Program-made: the position numbers and the translations under genes
The notes under the pieces: model-generated
The model's input: only the letters and a program-made list of their open reading frames with translations
Databases searched by the model: none
What the model was told of the DNA's origin: nothing
Shown here: piece by piece, positions 1 to 11,827 of the stretch
How the letters are laid out: each line of letters starts with the position of its first letter
Numbering within the stretch: position 1 is the first letter of the stretch
Source: Octopus vulgaris
Taxonomy: Eukaryota
DNA length: 64,000 nucleotides
Direction: 5' to 3'
Assembly (NCBI GenBank): GCA_951406725.2
Contig: OX597814.1
Location: 99,324,001-99,388,000, forward strand

Positions 1-31
1 TAAATTGAAAAGTAAAAAAAGCTAATCTCTT

Positions 32-240
32 TGTGTGTCTTTGTGTATGTGTTTGTCACCCACCACCACTTGATAATCGCTGTCGGTTTGTTTAGTTCCT
101 CGTTACTTAGCGGTTCGTCAAAAAGACTGATAGAATAAATATCTGGTTCAAAAAGTGACTACTGGTGTAGATTTGCTTGATTAAGTCCTTTGAGGTGATA
201 CTCCAGCATGGTCCAATCACTGAAACAAGTAGATAAAAGG
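32..240 (+). mobile_element. SINE family A, 3' half (diverged)
   Basis: Matches the 3' half of the copy at 374-783 (cttagcggttcg...gatagaataa...ctccagcatgg...actgaaacaagt). Confidence 0.75.
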
Positions 241-373
241 TAGAATTTAAAAAGGGCACTTTATAAAAAGAGAGGAAAAGCATATAGAGTACATACAATT
301 GAAACATTGCTGAAACTAGATAAGATCGTGGTTTCTGAGAAAATAAAAGTAGCTAATCCTATTGGAGTTAATA

Positions 374-783
374 GGCACAGGAGTGGCTGTGTGGTAAGTA
401 GCTTGCTTACCAACCACATGGTTCTGGGTTCAGCCCCACTGCTCGGCACCTTGGGCAAGTGTCTTCTACTATAGCCTCGGGCCGACCAAAGCCTTGTGAG
501 TGGATTTGGTAGGCAGAAGCCGAAAGAAGCCCGTCGTATATATGTATATATATATGTGTGTGTATGTTTGTGTGTCTGTGTTTGTCCCCCCAACATCGTT
601 TGACAACCGATGCTGGTGTGTTTACGTCTCCGTAATCTAGCGGTTCGGCAATAGAGACCGATAGAATAAGTACTTACAAAGAATAAGTCCTGGGATCAAT
701 TTGCTCGACTAAGGGCGGTGCTCCAGCATGGCCGCCGTCAAATGACTGAAACAAGTCAAAGAGTAAGAGAGTAAAAGAGAGAA
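374..783 (+). mobile_element. Full-length tRNA-derived SINE, family A (CORE-like domain, internal microsatellite)
   Basis: Pol III A-box-like tggctgtgtggt and B-box-like ggttcagccc; ggcaccttgggcaagtgtctt resembles the CORE-SINE domain; internal (TA)n(TG)n; many homologous copies in the window. Probably one of the published Octopus SINE families; exact name not assigned. Confidence 0.9.
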
Positions 784-1442
784 TGGATGAGACACTAGAG
801 AGAAAAAAGAAGTATCATGCATGAATAAATATAGAAATTTTAAGAAATTCGTAAGAAGTAAGCAAGCAATAAATTCTTTTTAAATTGTATATTTTGTGCA
901 TCTTCTTTCGTATTCCTTAATTTCAAATTCAAACTTCTAATTCTACCAAATAAGAAATTATTATCTCATTTGTAGTAATTATCCGCTAGGTGACACTACG
1001 AGTGTAAATACAATATCAGCAGAAAAATTTAAAATAGTTATAATTACTGCCAACTTTGCGTCTCCTAGAGTAAACAAAGAAGCATCTTTGATTCAGGGAT
1101 TAGAAAACGGATCACCAAATGAGTATAAAGCAGAACTCTGTAGAACTCTCTGAGTTCTGTGATCAAATTTCCCCGCATAATCCTTTAAAAATTGATAAAA
1201 TGGAGTTGGATTTTCGGCATTATAGAGTGTCTGAGGAGATGCTATACATTATATACTCCCGCTCGTTACGTTCCGCTTTCTTGCATGGTAGACTTAATCA
1301 GTCAACTGGTTTAGCACTAGCATTTCGTCTTTGGATATTTTTAATGGAGTTCACATAAAGCACATAACTACCTTTATTTCTTTTAACCCCAAAAGGTTTT
1401 CATCCCAATATTTATATGTTATTATTTATACCATTTATTATA

Positions 1443-1680
1443 GGAGGGAAGCTGGCAGAATCGTTAGCACGCCGGGCAAAAGTACTTAGCGATATTTCGT
1501 CCATCTTTACATTCCTAGTTCAAACTCCGCTGATGTCAACTTTGTCTTTCATTATGGGGTTGATTTTAATCTCTTTCGGGTCGATAAGATAAGTACCAGG
1601 TGAGGATTGGGGTTGGGTGTTTTCGGCTTAATCCTTCCCTCTGAACTTGCTGGTTTTGTGCCAAAATTTGAAACCATTAT
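1443..1680 (+). mobile_element. SINE family B
   Basis: Head gctggcagaatcgttagcacgccgggc, B-box gttcaaactcc, 3' end gtgccaaaatttgaaacc; homologous to 20027-20250 and 17482-17700. Confidence 0.85.
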
Positions 1681-2284
1681 ATATAGCATCTATGTGCTTC
1701 AAAATCTATTTCGAAGAAATAATTATTTCATTGTTCCATCGAAAGTTATTAATATTTTTTTATATAAAAATTATGTATGTATAAATGTAAATCAATGCAA
1801 ATAAAACAAATAAAAGCAAATTAGAGCGAGCCACAAAAAATAAATTGCATAAAGAAGACTACAGTTTGGTTGAATCAGAGCACTCATTAACTCCGAGCAT
1901 CTATTCTTTGTATTAGAATTAGAAAATCAAGTAGTCATTTAGCGTACGTGGAATAAGCCGGCAGGTGGAACCCATCTCTGGAGCTGCCTACAATATAAAT
2001 ATGTTCTTAGAGTGATTTTTCCTTAGTAGTCTATAGTTCGGATTTTCAACATAATCTCTCCCGATAACCCCTTTATCATCATGAAATTATAAGGTAATAC
2101 TTCACCGACAGTGACTTTTAACTTCGTGGTTGCCGATTCCTGGAATGAAAATGTTGCGAGTTTCCCAGTCATTGTTTTATATTACAACTAGTAGTGCTCT
2201 AAAAACAGTAGGTTCTTAGATCAGCTGGTGGCCCTTTCTCGACTTCCCTGCTACATCTGAAAGATGGCCATAATTTTCTCATAA

Positions 2285-2321
<37 letters not shown>

Positions 2322-2964
2322 AACTAAACTTTATCTTTAACATGTACAGTTTCGGATTTGCATTGTGCTCTTCAGGGTTTGACAAGACTTAGATAACAAA
2401 TAGACCTCATCCATACATATACCCATGTCATTGTTAACAAATAACAAAAAATTCAAGTTTTGTAGCTGTATGTATGCATGGGTGTGTGTGTTTGGGCGTA
2501 TGTGTGTGTATGTGTGTGAGAGTGAATATGTGTGTGTACATACACACATATGCATGATTCTATTTCAATACGCAGTTGAATATACAAATTGCTATTTAAT
2601 CAAAGGTAAATATAGACTCCTACACCGAAGTTCGTTCACAAATGCACAGATTCACAAGGATGTCATGTACATTTATGTATATTTGAACATGTTTGATAAT
2701 GTCCATACATTCAAACAGACACAGGCACATACACGCACACACACACGCACACATGCATGCAGACATACGGGCATTTATGTGTGTACGTTAGTGCGCGCGT
2801 ATGTGAGTCTATATAAATATGTTTTTATGTGTTATGTCTGAGTATGTATCTATGTGAGCAGAGTTGATAGCATAAAAGCAAAAGAAAATATGAAAGGAAG
2901 AATGAAGTAGAAAAACAGATAATGGGAATAAAGAAAACAAAACCTGAGTCTGCAACACAAATTA

Positions 2965-3103
2965 GTGTGTGTGTGTGTATCTGTATGCATATGTGTGTGT
3001 ATGTATGTATGCGGGCGTGTATATATATATATATATATATACACACGCATACATATATATATATATATACACGACGAATGCATGTATGTATGTGTGTGCG
3101 TGC

Positions 3104-3161
<58 letters not shown>

Positions 3162-3200
3162 GTACGTATGTATGTATGTATGTATGTATGTATGTTTGTA
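2965..3200. repeat. Compound (TG)/(TA)/(TATG) microsatellite
   Basis: Visible directly. Confidence 0.95.
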
Positions 3201-3728
3201 TGTTTGCATAGAGGTAGGTATGTCCATGCATTCGTCGACCCACCACCCGAAAACTTCACCACCTGTTCATGTCATTGATTAGTTACCAAAACAAGGTCAA
3301 TTTCGCATCATGTTCTACGTGTTATTGTTATGTCCAACATTAACGCATGGCTAAATAAACGCCTCTCTATGTGTGTGTCTCGTGTTTAGATTAGCATTAT
3401 AGCATGATATCAAGAAAGACAGAAATGAAAAGAAAAGATTTGATAGGGAACTTCTGTTTGGATTCATTATTACCCTGCTTGTTCTCGTTGTTTATATATG
3501 TAAGAACATCACACGGAAGCACACATAATCACACACATCACACACACGCACGAACACACACACACACACAAACACATTCACACATGTGTGCGCAAGTGTG
3601 CAAGTGCGTGTGTTTGTGTAATCCTGAGAAATATGATTTAGTCATTAGTTACACTACTTTGTAGAGGGTAATAATGGACCTGCTAACAAATATATTGGTA
3701 ACGTATAATCAGGTCACGTGAGTAACGA

Positions 3729-3784
3729 TACCACCACCACCACCACTACCACCATATTCACTCCTCCTCCTCCTCCTCCTCCTC

Positions 3785-3844
<60 letters not shown>

Positions 3845-3860
3845 ATAATAATAATGATAA
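3729..3860. repeat. Compound trinucleotide array (ACC)(CCT)(ACT)(AAT)
   Basis: Visible directly. Confidence 0.95.
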
Positions 3861-3864
3861 TAGA

Positions 3865-4005
3865 TCCAATTTTGACACAAGGCCAGTAATTGTTAGGATC
3901 GGGGGTAAGTCGAGTACATGGAGCCCACTGTATATCTGAAAGGATGAAAGCAAAGTTAACCTTAGTCGCATTTGATCTCAGAACGTCAAGACGGACGAGA
4001 TGCCG
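3865..4005 (-). mobile_element. SINE family B fragment
   Basis: Reverse complement of the family B body and tail (aattttgacacaaggccag...gatgaaagcaaagttaacct...tcagaacgt). Confidence 0.75.
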
Positions 4006-4069
4006 GTAACTATTATTAGGCCTATCATTTTTTATTTATTTATTTCGGGCAAGATTAAACAGAAACCAG

Positions 4070-4140
4070 TTGAAAACTGGGGTCGATCAAATCGACTCTG
4101 CACCTTCCCCAAAAGTTCAGGCCTTGTGCCTATAGAAAAG
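4070..4140 (+). mobile_element. SINE family B 3' end running into an (ATT)n tail
   Basis: ctggggtcgatcaaatcgact...ggccttgtgcctatagaaaag followed by (att)n. Confidence 0.75.
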
Positions 4141-4194
<54 letters not shown>

Positions 4195-4331
4195 GTCTTT
4201 GCACAGCTAACGCTGAAGATGTACTACGGTGTCAGCTGTTCACTACCAGTGAACTAAGGTATAATACACCTTATTTTTCGAGCAATATCCGGAGTACTCG
4301 AGCGGTTCCAAGCATTATTATTATTATTATT

Positions 4332-4385
<54 letters not shown>

Positions 4386-4387
4386 GC

Positions 4388-4486
<99 letters not shown>

Positions 4487-4500
4487 TGTTGTTGTTATTA
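4141..4500. repeat. (ATT)n / (GTT)n / (GCT)n arrays interrupted by a LINE 3' stub
   Basis: Visible directly; stub at 4196-4313. Confidence 0.95.
4196..4313 (-). mobile_element. Extreme 3' end of an R4/Dong-like LINE
   Basis: Minus strand reads LGTARVLRILLEK* then a 3' UTR and (AAT)n; compare LLGTARILQKVL near 25610 and LLGTGHILRKVL near 41420. Confidence 0.8.
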
Positions 4501-4504
4501 TTTC

Positions 4505-4895
4505 TCTTTACCACAGGTTTTGTTAGAGCTCCTGGAATCTTGCATGCGCAGCGGGCTTGCTACCTATTTCAATTATCAAATACTCTCCTGATTATTCTGG
4601 TCGTGCCAAGGAGGCAAAGCTTTTACAATGGTTGTACTGGCCACTGTATTCCACTTTCCTTTATATTCCCCTTGATGCCTTCTGACACTGTTCTCATGGA
4701 CCCAACAATATTGGCACTATCTTCACCTTCTTCATTTTTACACAGCCGGGCTATTTCGTACTTAAGAGAGTTGTATTTATCTATCTTTTCGCTTTCGTTC
4801 TTGACTATTCGTGGGTCAAAGGGGCATGCAACGTCAACTACACAACATGTGTGGTACACCTTGTCCGCCATCACTAAGTCGGGTCTGTTATGCTC
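4505..4895 (-). mobile_element. R4/Dong-like LINE, restriction-like endonuclease (RLE) domain fragment
   Basis: RPDLVMADK...VVDVACPFDPRIVKNESEKIDKYNSLKYEIARL...LLGTTRIIRRVF: PD-(D/E)xK RLE signature with a stop codon. Confidence 0.85.
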
Positions 4896-4919
4896 TAGTG
4901 GTGTTGGACAAAGTGCATT

Positions 4920-5160
4920 ATTATTATTCTTTGCCTACTGGCTGTGGAGAAAGAGTTTGTGCGGTGGAAGAGGCTGAAAGGCATGAGGACAGATACATTT
5001 TTCTTTGGTAGGGCTCTCATTGACTTCTTCAAGTTTCACTTGAAAAGGCAACTGGGAGTGGAGAGGGAAGTGCTGTTCTCGAATGAGTTTATTGAAAGGT
5101 AGGTGAAAGTTGTGAAAATGGCAAGAGTGGATGGTACTTCTCTAAGTGTAGACAGGTAGA
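4920..5160 (+). mobile_element. L1/Tx1-clade LINE ORF2 C-terminal fragment
   Basis: CLLAVEKEFVRWKRLKGMRTDTFFFGRALI...EREVLFSNEFIER*VKV aligns by eye with CLVAMTKEIVWWTRLKGLKINTFLFGQSLM...EREVLSSRQFPERWMKV at 60250-60430. Confidence 0.75.
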
Positions 5161-5439
5161 GAAAGAAAGAGAGAGAGAGAGAGAGAGAGAGGGAGAGGTG
5201 TGAAAACTTCATTGTGGACTATCTGACACTTACTGTCTGTGAGTGTGTGTGTCTCTCTCTAGGTATGTGTTTGTGTATGTATGCACATGTATGTGTATAT
5301 CTGTATGTATATGATTGTGCGCTTGATCTCTCTCGGCATACCAGCAAACCACAAAATCGCACCAGCCAGCATCACCACTACCTCCAAGGCCATCATGTAT
5401 GTATGTATGTATGTACGTGTGTGTATGTAGGTATGTGTG

Positions 5440-5645
5440 TATTTTTGTCTGTGTTTGTCCCACCACCACCATTGCTTCACACCGATGCTGGTGCGTTTGC
5501 GTCTCTGTAATTTAGCTCTTCAGCAGAAGAGACTGATAGAATAAGCACCAGGCTTACAGGGAATAAGTCCAGGGGTCAATTTCTTCGACTAAAGGGCGGT
5601 GCTCTCGCATGGCCACCGTCAAATGACTGAATCAAGTAAAAGAAT
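5440..5645 (+). mobile_element. SINE family A, 3' half
   Basis: Homologous to 575-765. Confidence 0.85.
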
Positions 5646-5792
5646 GCCAGAAAAACTTTCTGTACCACTAAACCAAGATGGTTCTTTGAATATGTACGAT
5701 GTATTCTAAGGTTAAATAATAATTCCGTTTGCGCTTGTGTAACATATTTTGGTTGGATTATATAGTTATTGGCGTTACATTACTTTCTATAT

Positions 5793-6140
5793 AGGAGCAC
5801 TCCGTCGGTTGCGACGATGAGGGTCCCAGCTGATACGATCAACGGAACAGCTTGCTCGTGATATTAACGTGCAAGTGGCTGAGCACTCCATAGACACGTG
5901 TACCCTTAACGTAGTTCTCGAGGAGATTCAGCGTGACACACAGAATGTGACAAGGCTGGCCCTTTGAAATACAGGTACAAGAGAAACAGGAAGAAAGAGC
6001 GAGAGAAAGTTGTGGTGAAAGAGTACAGCTTTAGGTGTTTTCGCTCAATAAACACTCACAATGCCCGGTCTGGGAATCGAAACCGCGATCCTCCGACCGC
6101 GAGTCCGCTGCCCTAACCACTGGGCCATTGCGCCTCCACT
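5793..6140 (-). mobile_element. tRNA-derived SINE family C with perfect 15-bp target-site duplication
   Basis: Minus-strand head ggaggcgcaatggcccagtggttagggcagcggactc...ggtttcgattccc (A and B boxes); TSD cattactttctatat at 5778-5792 and 6141-6155. Confidence 0.9.
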
Positions 6141-6184
6141 CATTACTTTCTATATTCTGTAACTGTCACATTATAATTTTCTAT

Positions 6185-6820
6185 GCCTGAAATTTTTGTG
6201 GGGAGGGTGCCAGTCGATTAGATCGACCCCAGTATACAACTCGTACTTAATTTATCGAGCGCCAATGAACGAAAAGCAAAGTCGACTCCGTCAGAATTTG
6301 AAATCAGAACGTAAAGACAGACGGTCATAATATACAAACATTTCTCATGGCACCAGTACACTGTTTACAGATGCTTACATTTTTAATGTTTTCCGTGAAT
6401 TTTTCACTGGTCCAGCTAGCTATTATTATCATAGTTAGCGATCAGGTTGGACAAAATGCATATCATCATCATTTCTTCCGGCTCGCTATGTTCTGAATTT
6501 AAATTCTTCCATATTCAATTTTGCCTTTTATACTTTAGGGCTTAATGAAAGAAATATAAGCTGAGACTGGCGGGAGGGTGGGTGGGTGTATATAATCGAC
6601 TTATCACCTCTCCCTAATAAAAAGTCTAGCCTTTTCAATTTTGGCAGCAATTTTTTAGAACTTCGATTACATCAACCACAGTACTTGTCTGGTACATATT
6701 TTATCGAATCTAAAAAGAGGAAAGGCAAAGGTGAACTCGGTGGTATTTGAACTCAGAGCGTATATAGAAATACGGCTAAGCATTTTCTCCGACGCCCTAA
6801 CGATTTTTGCGAGCTCTCCA
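6185..6820. mobile_element. Cluster of three SINE B copies (about 6185-6325 -, 6435-6630 +, 6640-6820 -)
   Basis: Recognisable family B motifs in alternating orientation. Confidence 0.75.
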
Positions 6821-6953
6821 CCACCGCTACCACCGCCACGACCACCGCCGCCGCCACCACCATCACCGCTTCCTCCTCCTCGTCCTCCTCGTCCTCGTCC
6901 TCGTCCTCCTCGTCCTCGTCCTCCTCCTCCTCCTACTACTACTACTACCACCA
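6819..6953. repeat. Compound (CCA/CCG)(CCT/CGT)(ACT) array
   Basis: Visible directly. Confidence 0.9.
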
Positions 6954-7571
6954 CAGATGATAAACGGTAATAATATTAAAAGCAAGGATAATATTATTTA
7001 GCAATAATAATGAATGTTACGGGCCAAATATTGAATAACCAATACAGCGAGGAAACGAATGAGATAAAAAGATGGGCAGAAGCAACGAAGCCTTATGCTT
7101 CTGGTTTTACTATTACATGAATGTAAACAACGGCACCCTATTGTGCTAAGGGCATGTTTGTCACAAATCATGGGAAGTTATAACATATATAATTCGACCT
7201 TACATGACCTTTTAGAAAACATAAACTTTGAAACATTGAAATACACCAGGATATAGGAAGCACTAACTCAAACATTTACGCACGCATATACACCCAGTTT
7301 TACACATGTAATAATAACAGATAAACCCACACACCAGGATGGTACTTATTATCGTTTGAGTCATAGAAAAAGCTGCTTTCTCATCGCTGGACCTGCTAGA
7401 AATAACAGCCAAATTTCTTTAAATACACCACTGTCGTAAAAGAGAAGGATGCATTGAAAAAATGAGGACTATACACCTTCTCCTCGATTTACGACCTATG
7501 AGACTTACGACCATCCGCACTTACGGCCACCAAAAATAAGGAAATAAAATAAATAAATAAATAAATAAATA

Positions 7572-7910
7572 AACAATAGTACTCAGAGAGCGCAACTTCC
7601 GCCAAGGCAATACCAACTTCCTCTCAGCGATTAGCCGGAGATGATTTTTAAAGTGAGAACATCTGAAATAAACACGACTGCTCGCACAGAATACTAAAAC
7701 TGAACCCGACCACTCTCAAAAATTAAGTAAAAAAAAAAAAACAAGAAAAATAATCCAGAACCCTTGTCCAGTACCGGATCGATCCCAAAATCTAATCAGT
7801 TCGTGTAAGTCACGAGGCCAAATATTCCTGAAAGTTTCATCCGAATCCATCTTGTGCACGGACAAGCACGACTGAATTTTACCTCCATCTTCGCTAATGC
7901 GGAGGTAAAA
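7572..7910. mobile_element. Non-autonomous Helentron/Helitron2-like (HINE-type) element
   Basis: Subterminal cttccgccaagg (7596-7607) is complementary to terminal gcggagg; terminal hairpin ttttacctcc...ggaggtaaaa (7877-7910); same architecture as 15258-15852. Confidence 0.6.
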
Positions 7911-8504
7911 TTCGATTTTCGGACGTTGGCAAGATGTGCGTACAATAACTTTGACAGATTCTAGCAACTCAGCCTCCCTCAGACCAAGGCATCCACTACT
8001 TGCCGCAGTCTCTCATTCAGTCGCCTTCAAGCATCAGTTGCGTTTGAAGGAAAATAGCGTTGAAAAATATAAATCCGACATACGACCAGATCGACTTAGG
8101 ACCTGTCAGTTGGATGGAACTCCGTCGTAAGTGTATTCCTCCAATAAGTAGTTGTTCAGGTCTAGAAACTTATAGATCATATGTCTCCTCCTTTGAAAGA
8201 GGCCTGAGGCTAAACCATTCAAATAAAAGTATATCTTTTATTCAGCTTTCGTTTGGTCAACCTTTTCGGTAATCTCTAGTTACTATAAAGTTGACCTCAT
8301 TGGATGACCAATTCTATTAGGAAAAATAGAAGTAGTAGCTTTCATTCATTTATTCTATTAAATGTTAATATAGATGAAGTGAAATGACTAATGGTTTACT
8401 ACACGATTTCTCAGTTATGGTTGGTGGAACTTAAGTTGTCACTCTCTCATGAGATATATACATGATTAATTACTTCTATGTATAAGTGTGTGTGTGTGTG
8501 TTTA

Positions 8505-9535
8505 TCTTTATATATATAAAACTGAGAATGTGTGTCTGTCTGTCTGTGTGTTTCCCTAAAACTTGAAAACTACACAACCAATTTCATTCAAATTTTACAC
8601 ATGCCTTACTTAGGGTCCATGTAGTTTCATGGGCAAAAAAGTTCAACTTCTGCATACAGCGAGCCCATAGCAATATCATATCTTTTCCACTATTTCAGTA
8701 TTACGTGTTAAAAGTGAAACAAAAACATTTCTCTATTTTGTCAGATACTTTCACTTTAACAATAAAAATAATAATAAAAATTGAATTATATGTAGTAAGT
8801 AATAATTAAAATCAAACTAAAGTATAATTTAATCGTAACATAAAAAAAGTAAAAATAGCAATTGGTATAAAATTGCATCAATGACTTGAACTTGAATAAG
8901 TGGTTTCACATGAATGGGAATAAATTAAAAATAAAATTAGCGTGCAGAAATAGAATAGTCCAGATGGATAATAAAAAATTAAATTAAAGAAAAGACTATT
9001 GTCTATAAAGTATACAATGTAGAGAAAAAAGAAGATTTGAACACCTGGAGGAAAGCACCTTCGAAAAGTGTCTTGGTGCGACTATGAAAGACATCTAATC
9101 GGAGGCGGTAAATTCGCCACAATAGAAGCAAGGTTCGAGTCAACGAAGCGTGCAAGGGAATACTCGACTCGAACTTGCAAAGTGGAAATATTTTATTTTT
9201 ACCTTTATATCTGGGACGTAGGACGTCCTGGAAAAAAATTTTAATGCCCCCCCCCCCCCCAGAAGTTGAGGTAGGCTGGATTGTAGCCACACTTCTATAC
9301 AAGAGGGAGGACAAGATTCAATTGATCGAAATTGCAAGACACGGGCTAACAATTCCAGTCTGTTATATATTTTGAGTATTGTTATCACTAGCGATATCAA
9401 GATATAACTTTGTATTTTGTATTTTATGTGTAGATGTATATATATATAGATGTACATATAATATGTACACATATATATTCACATATATACATGCACTAGC
9501 ACTATGACCCGGCAACGACGGGTCTTTAATGCTAG
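8505..9535 (+). mobile_element. Non-autonomous Helitron
   Basis: A|TC 5' end (tctttatatatataaaactg), 3' hairpin gacccg-gcaacga-cgggtc (9506-9524), then CTAG|T at 9532-9535; no TSD. Confidence 0.85.
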
Positions 9536-9814
9536 TATATATATATAAGTATAAATACATACATGCATACATATATATATATATATATATAATACTAGTA
9601 CATATTATATATTAAACATATATATATTAAGTATATATACATATGTATATGTAGGTATGAATGGTTCTAGGCGAATTCGTCTGCAACAATTCTACAAGTT
9701 ATCTGTGTGTAGTTGTATGTGTGTGTTTGTGTGGTATGTGTGTGTGCTTGTAGATGAATTGTTGAAATTGAATTGCAGACGAATTGTTGAAAAATTAGCT
9801 GAATACTAAATATT

Positions 9815-9937
9815 CTTTTACTTGTTTCAGCCATTTGTCTGCGACCACGCTGGAGCACCGCCTTTAGTCGAACAAATCCACCCCAGTACTCATCTATGGG
9901 TCTCTTTTTCCGAACAGCTAAATTACGGGGATGTAAA
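9815..9937 (-). mobile_element. SINE family A, 3' fragment
   Basis: tacttgtttcagccattt...gctggagcaccgcctttagtcgaacaaatc is the reverse complement of the family A tail. Confidence 0.85.
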
Positions 9938-10225
<288 letters not shown>

Positions 10226-11827
10226 CATTAGATATATTATTAGACATTAAATATATATATGCATATATACTTACGTTTGTGTGTGTATATATATGTGCAT
10301 TTTATACGCATTTGGAAAGAATACTGGTATCGTATAGATCCTGGCTGCGTGAATAAATATTTTAAGAATTCTATAACCGATATGCTCATTTCATTTCCAG
10401 AACAAATTCTCATGTGTTGTCTTTGGCGGTGTCAAGAACACACATGCCCGACCGCGCATGCATACACACCTGCAAACACCCACTTGTATATATTTATGTA
10501 TCCATCTGTATATGTATATATATATATATATATGCGTGTTTGTGTATGTGCCTGTATGTAAGTGTTTGTGTGTGTAAGCCTGCGTGAGCAGGATTATGCT
10601 TCTGCATGTTATAGACGTATTGACTCCAAAACAGAAATTCTTCAAATATATATTTATTCGGAGTACATTCACATACCACATGGATTATTTAATCGCAACC
10701 TTTTGCTTTCCAATTTGTGGCTAATGACCTTATAATATGTTATCAAAGACGTTGTCACTAGCAAATATTCAAAATAATTTTCTTTATAAAAAGACAATAC
10801 TTAGAAATTAAAACATGCATTTTTCAAGTAAGAAGCCCTGACGAAATAAAACGTGTATGACAGGTATAAGGATATGTAGTGAGTACTTATATGGCATTGC
10901 GCAGAAAGTAAATCTGTGAATGAAAACAAATCATAGAAAAAGCATCCATGAAAATAAGATCAAAATAGCCTGACCATTTCTGTAAATGAAGTGACTAAAT
11001 TTGACGCTATTGTTTACCAATGAAATTGAATTCCTACACCATTGCATGATAGTAATTTGATGGTTCTAAGTGTCTGGTTATTGGCCAACTCTAATGTTAT
11101 CCAAGAAGTAGTCACTAGTAATATTCAAATAAATTTCCTTAAGATAGGAAAGAAAAAATGGAAAGAAAAATGAAATCAAACTTTCCTCATATATGCATGT
11201 ATATTTTTAAAATAACTAATATAAAATATGTTCGACAAAACAAAGAAATACAATGAGCATATTTTCAACAATTTGTAACAAGTCTGTGAACGAAAATATA
11301 ACAAGTTTGCTCGTATGTCATATTGCAAAATGACTGAATAAAGATTTTCAGGAACAGAAGTGCTTATAATATTCAGTTTGCTCTTTGAAAACAGTATAAT
11401 GTTAATAAAACACGATAAAACAATACAAATGAAAAACAATCCTACATGAAATAATAAACATTTAAATTCAAGAATAAGTCTTTAAATATATAAACGAGCA
11501 GAATTTGTGGTATGCTATGCTTACTATCATAGATTACATATCGAAGACAACTCAGACAATGAAGTACGTCTGCTAAACGAAATGAAATTATATACAAGTG
11601 AGAGTGGTTTCCAGAGCTAGAACGCGCGAAAAACAAATTGCATACAGCTATTGTTGATTATGGATTAGTAAACAATGGTGTTAAACTAAGTCACGTCTTA
11701 TGAAGAGCTTGTCAAGCTATTTTCAGCCGATTTCGTGCATGACTTTGATTGTAAGGTATAACTCCAATTGCTCACACAATGTTCAGATTCAATTAGGTGC
11801 ATGAGCCAATATTTTGTGTTTGGGTAA

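Noticed and set aside
6060-6140. tRNA-like sequence on the minus strand
   Set aside because: It is the head of a SINE: it runs on into a repeat body, is bounded by a TSD and has no complete acceptor stem.
7473-7533. Repeated (c/t)ttacgacc motif resembling a Tigger/pogo terminal repeat
   Set aside because: Only one end is present and no partner TIR or transposase was seen.
11442-11657. LYIISFRLADVL resembles GPCR TM2 (LAxAD)
   Set aside because: The frame is closed by stops on both sides and there is no TM1 GN, DRY or NPxxY motif nearby.
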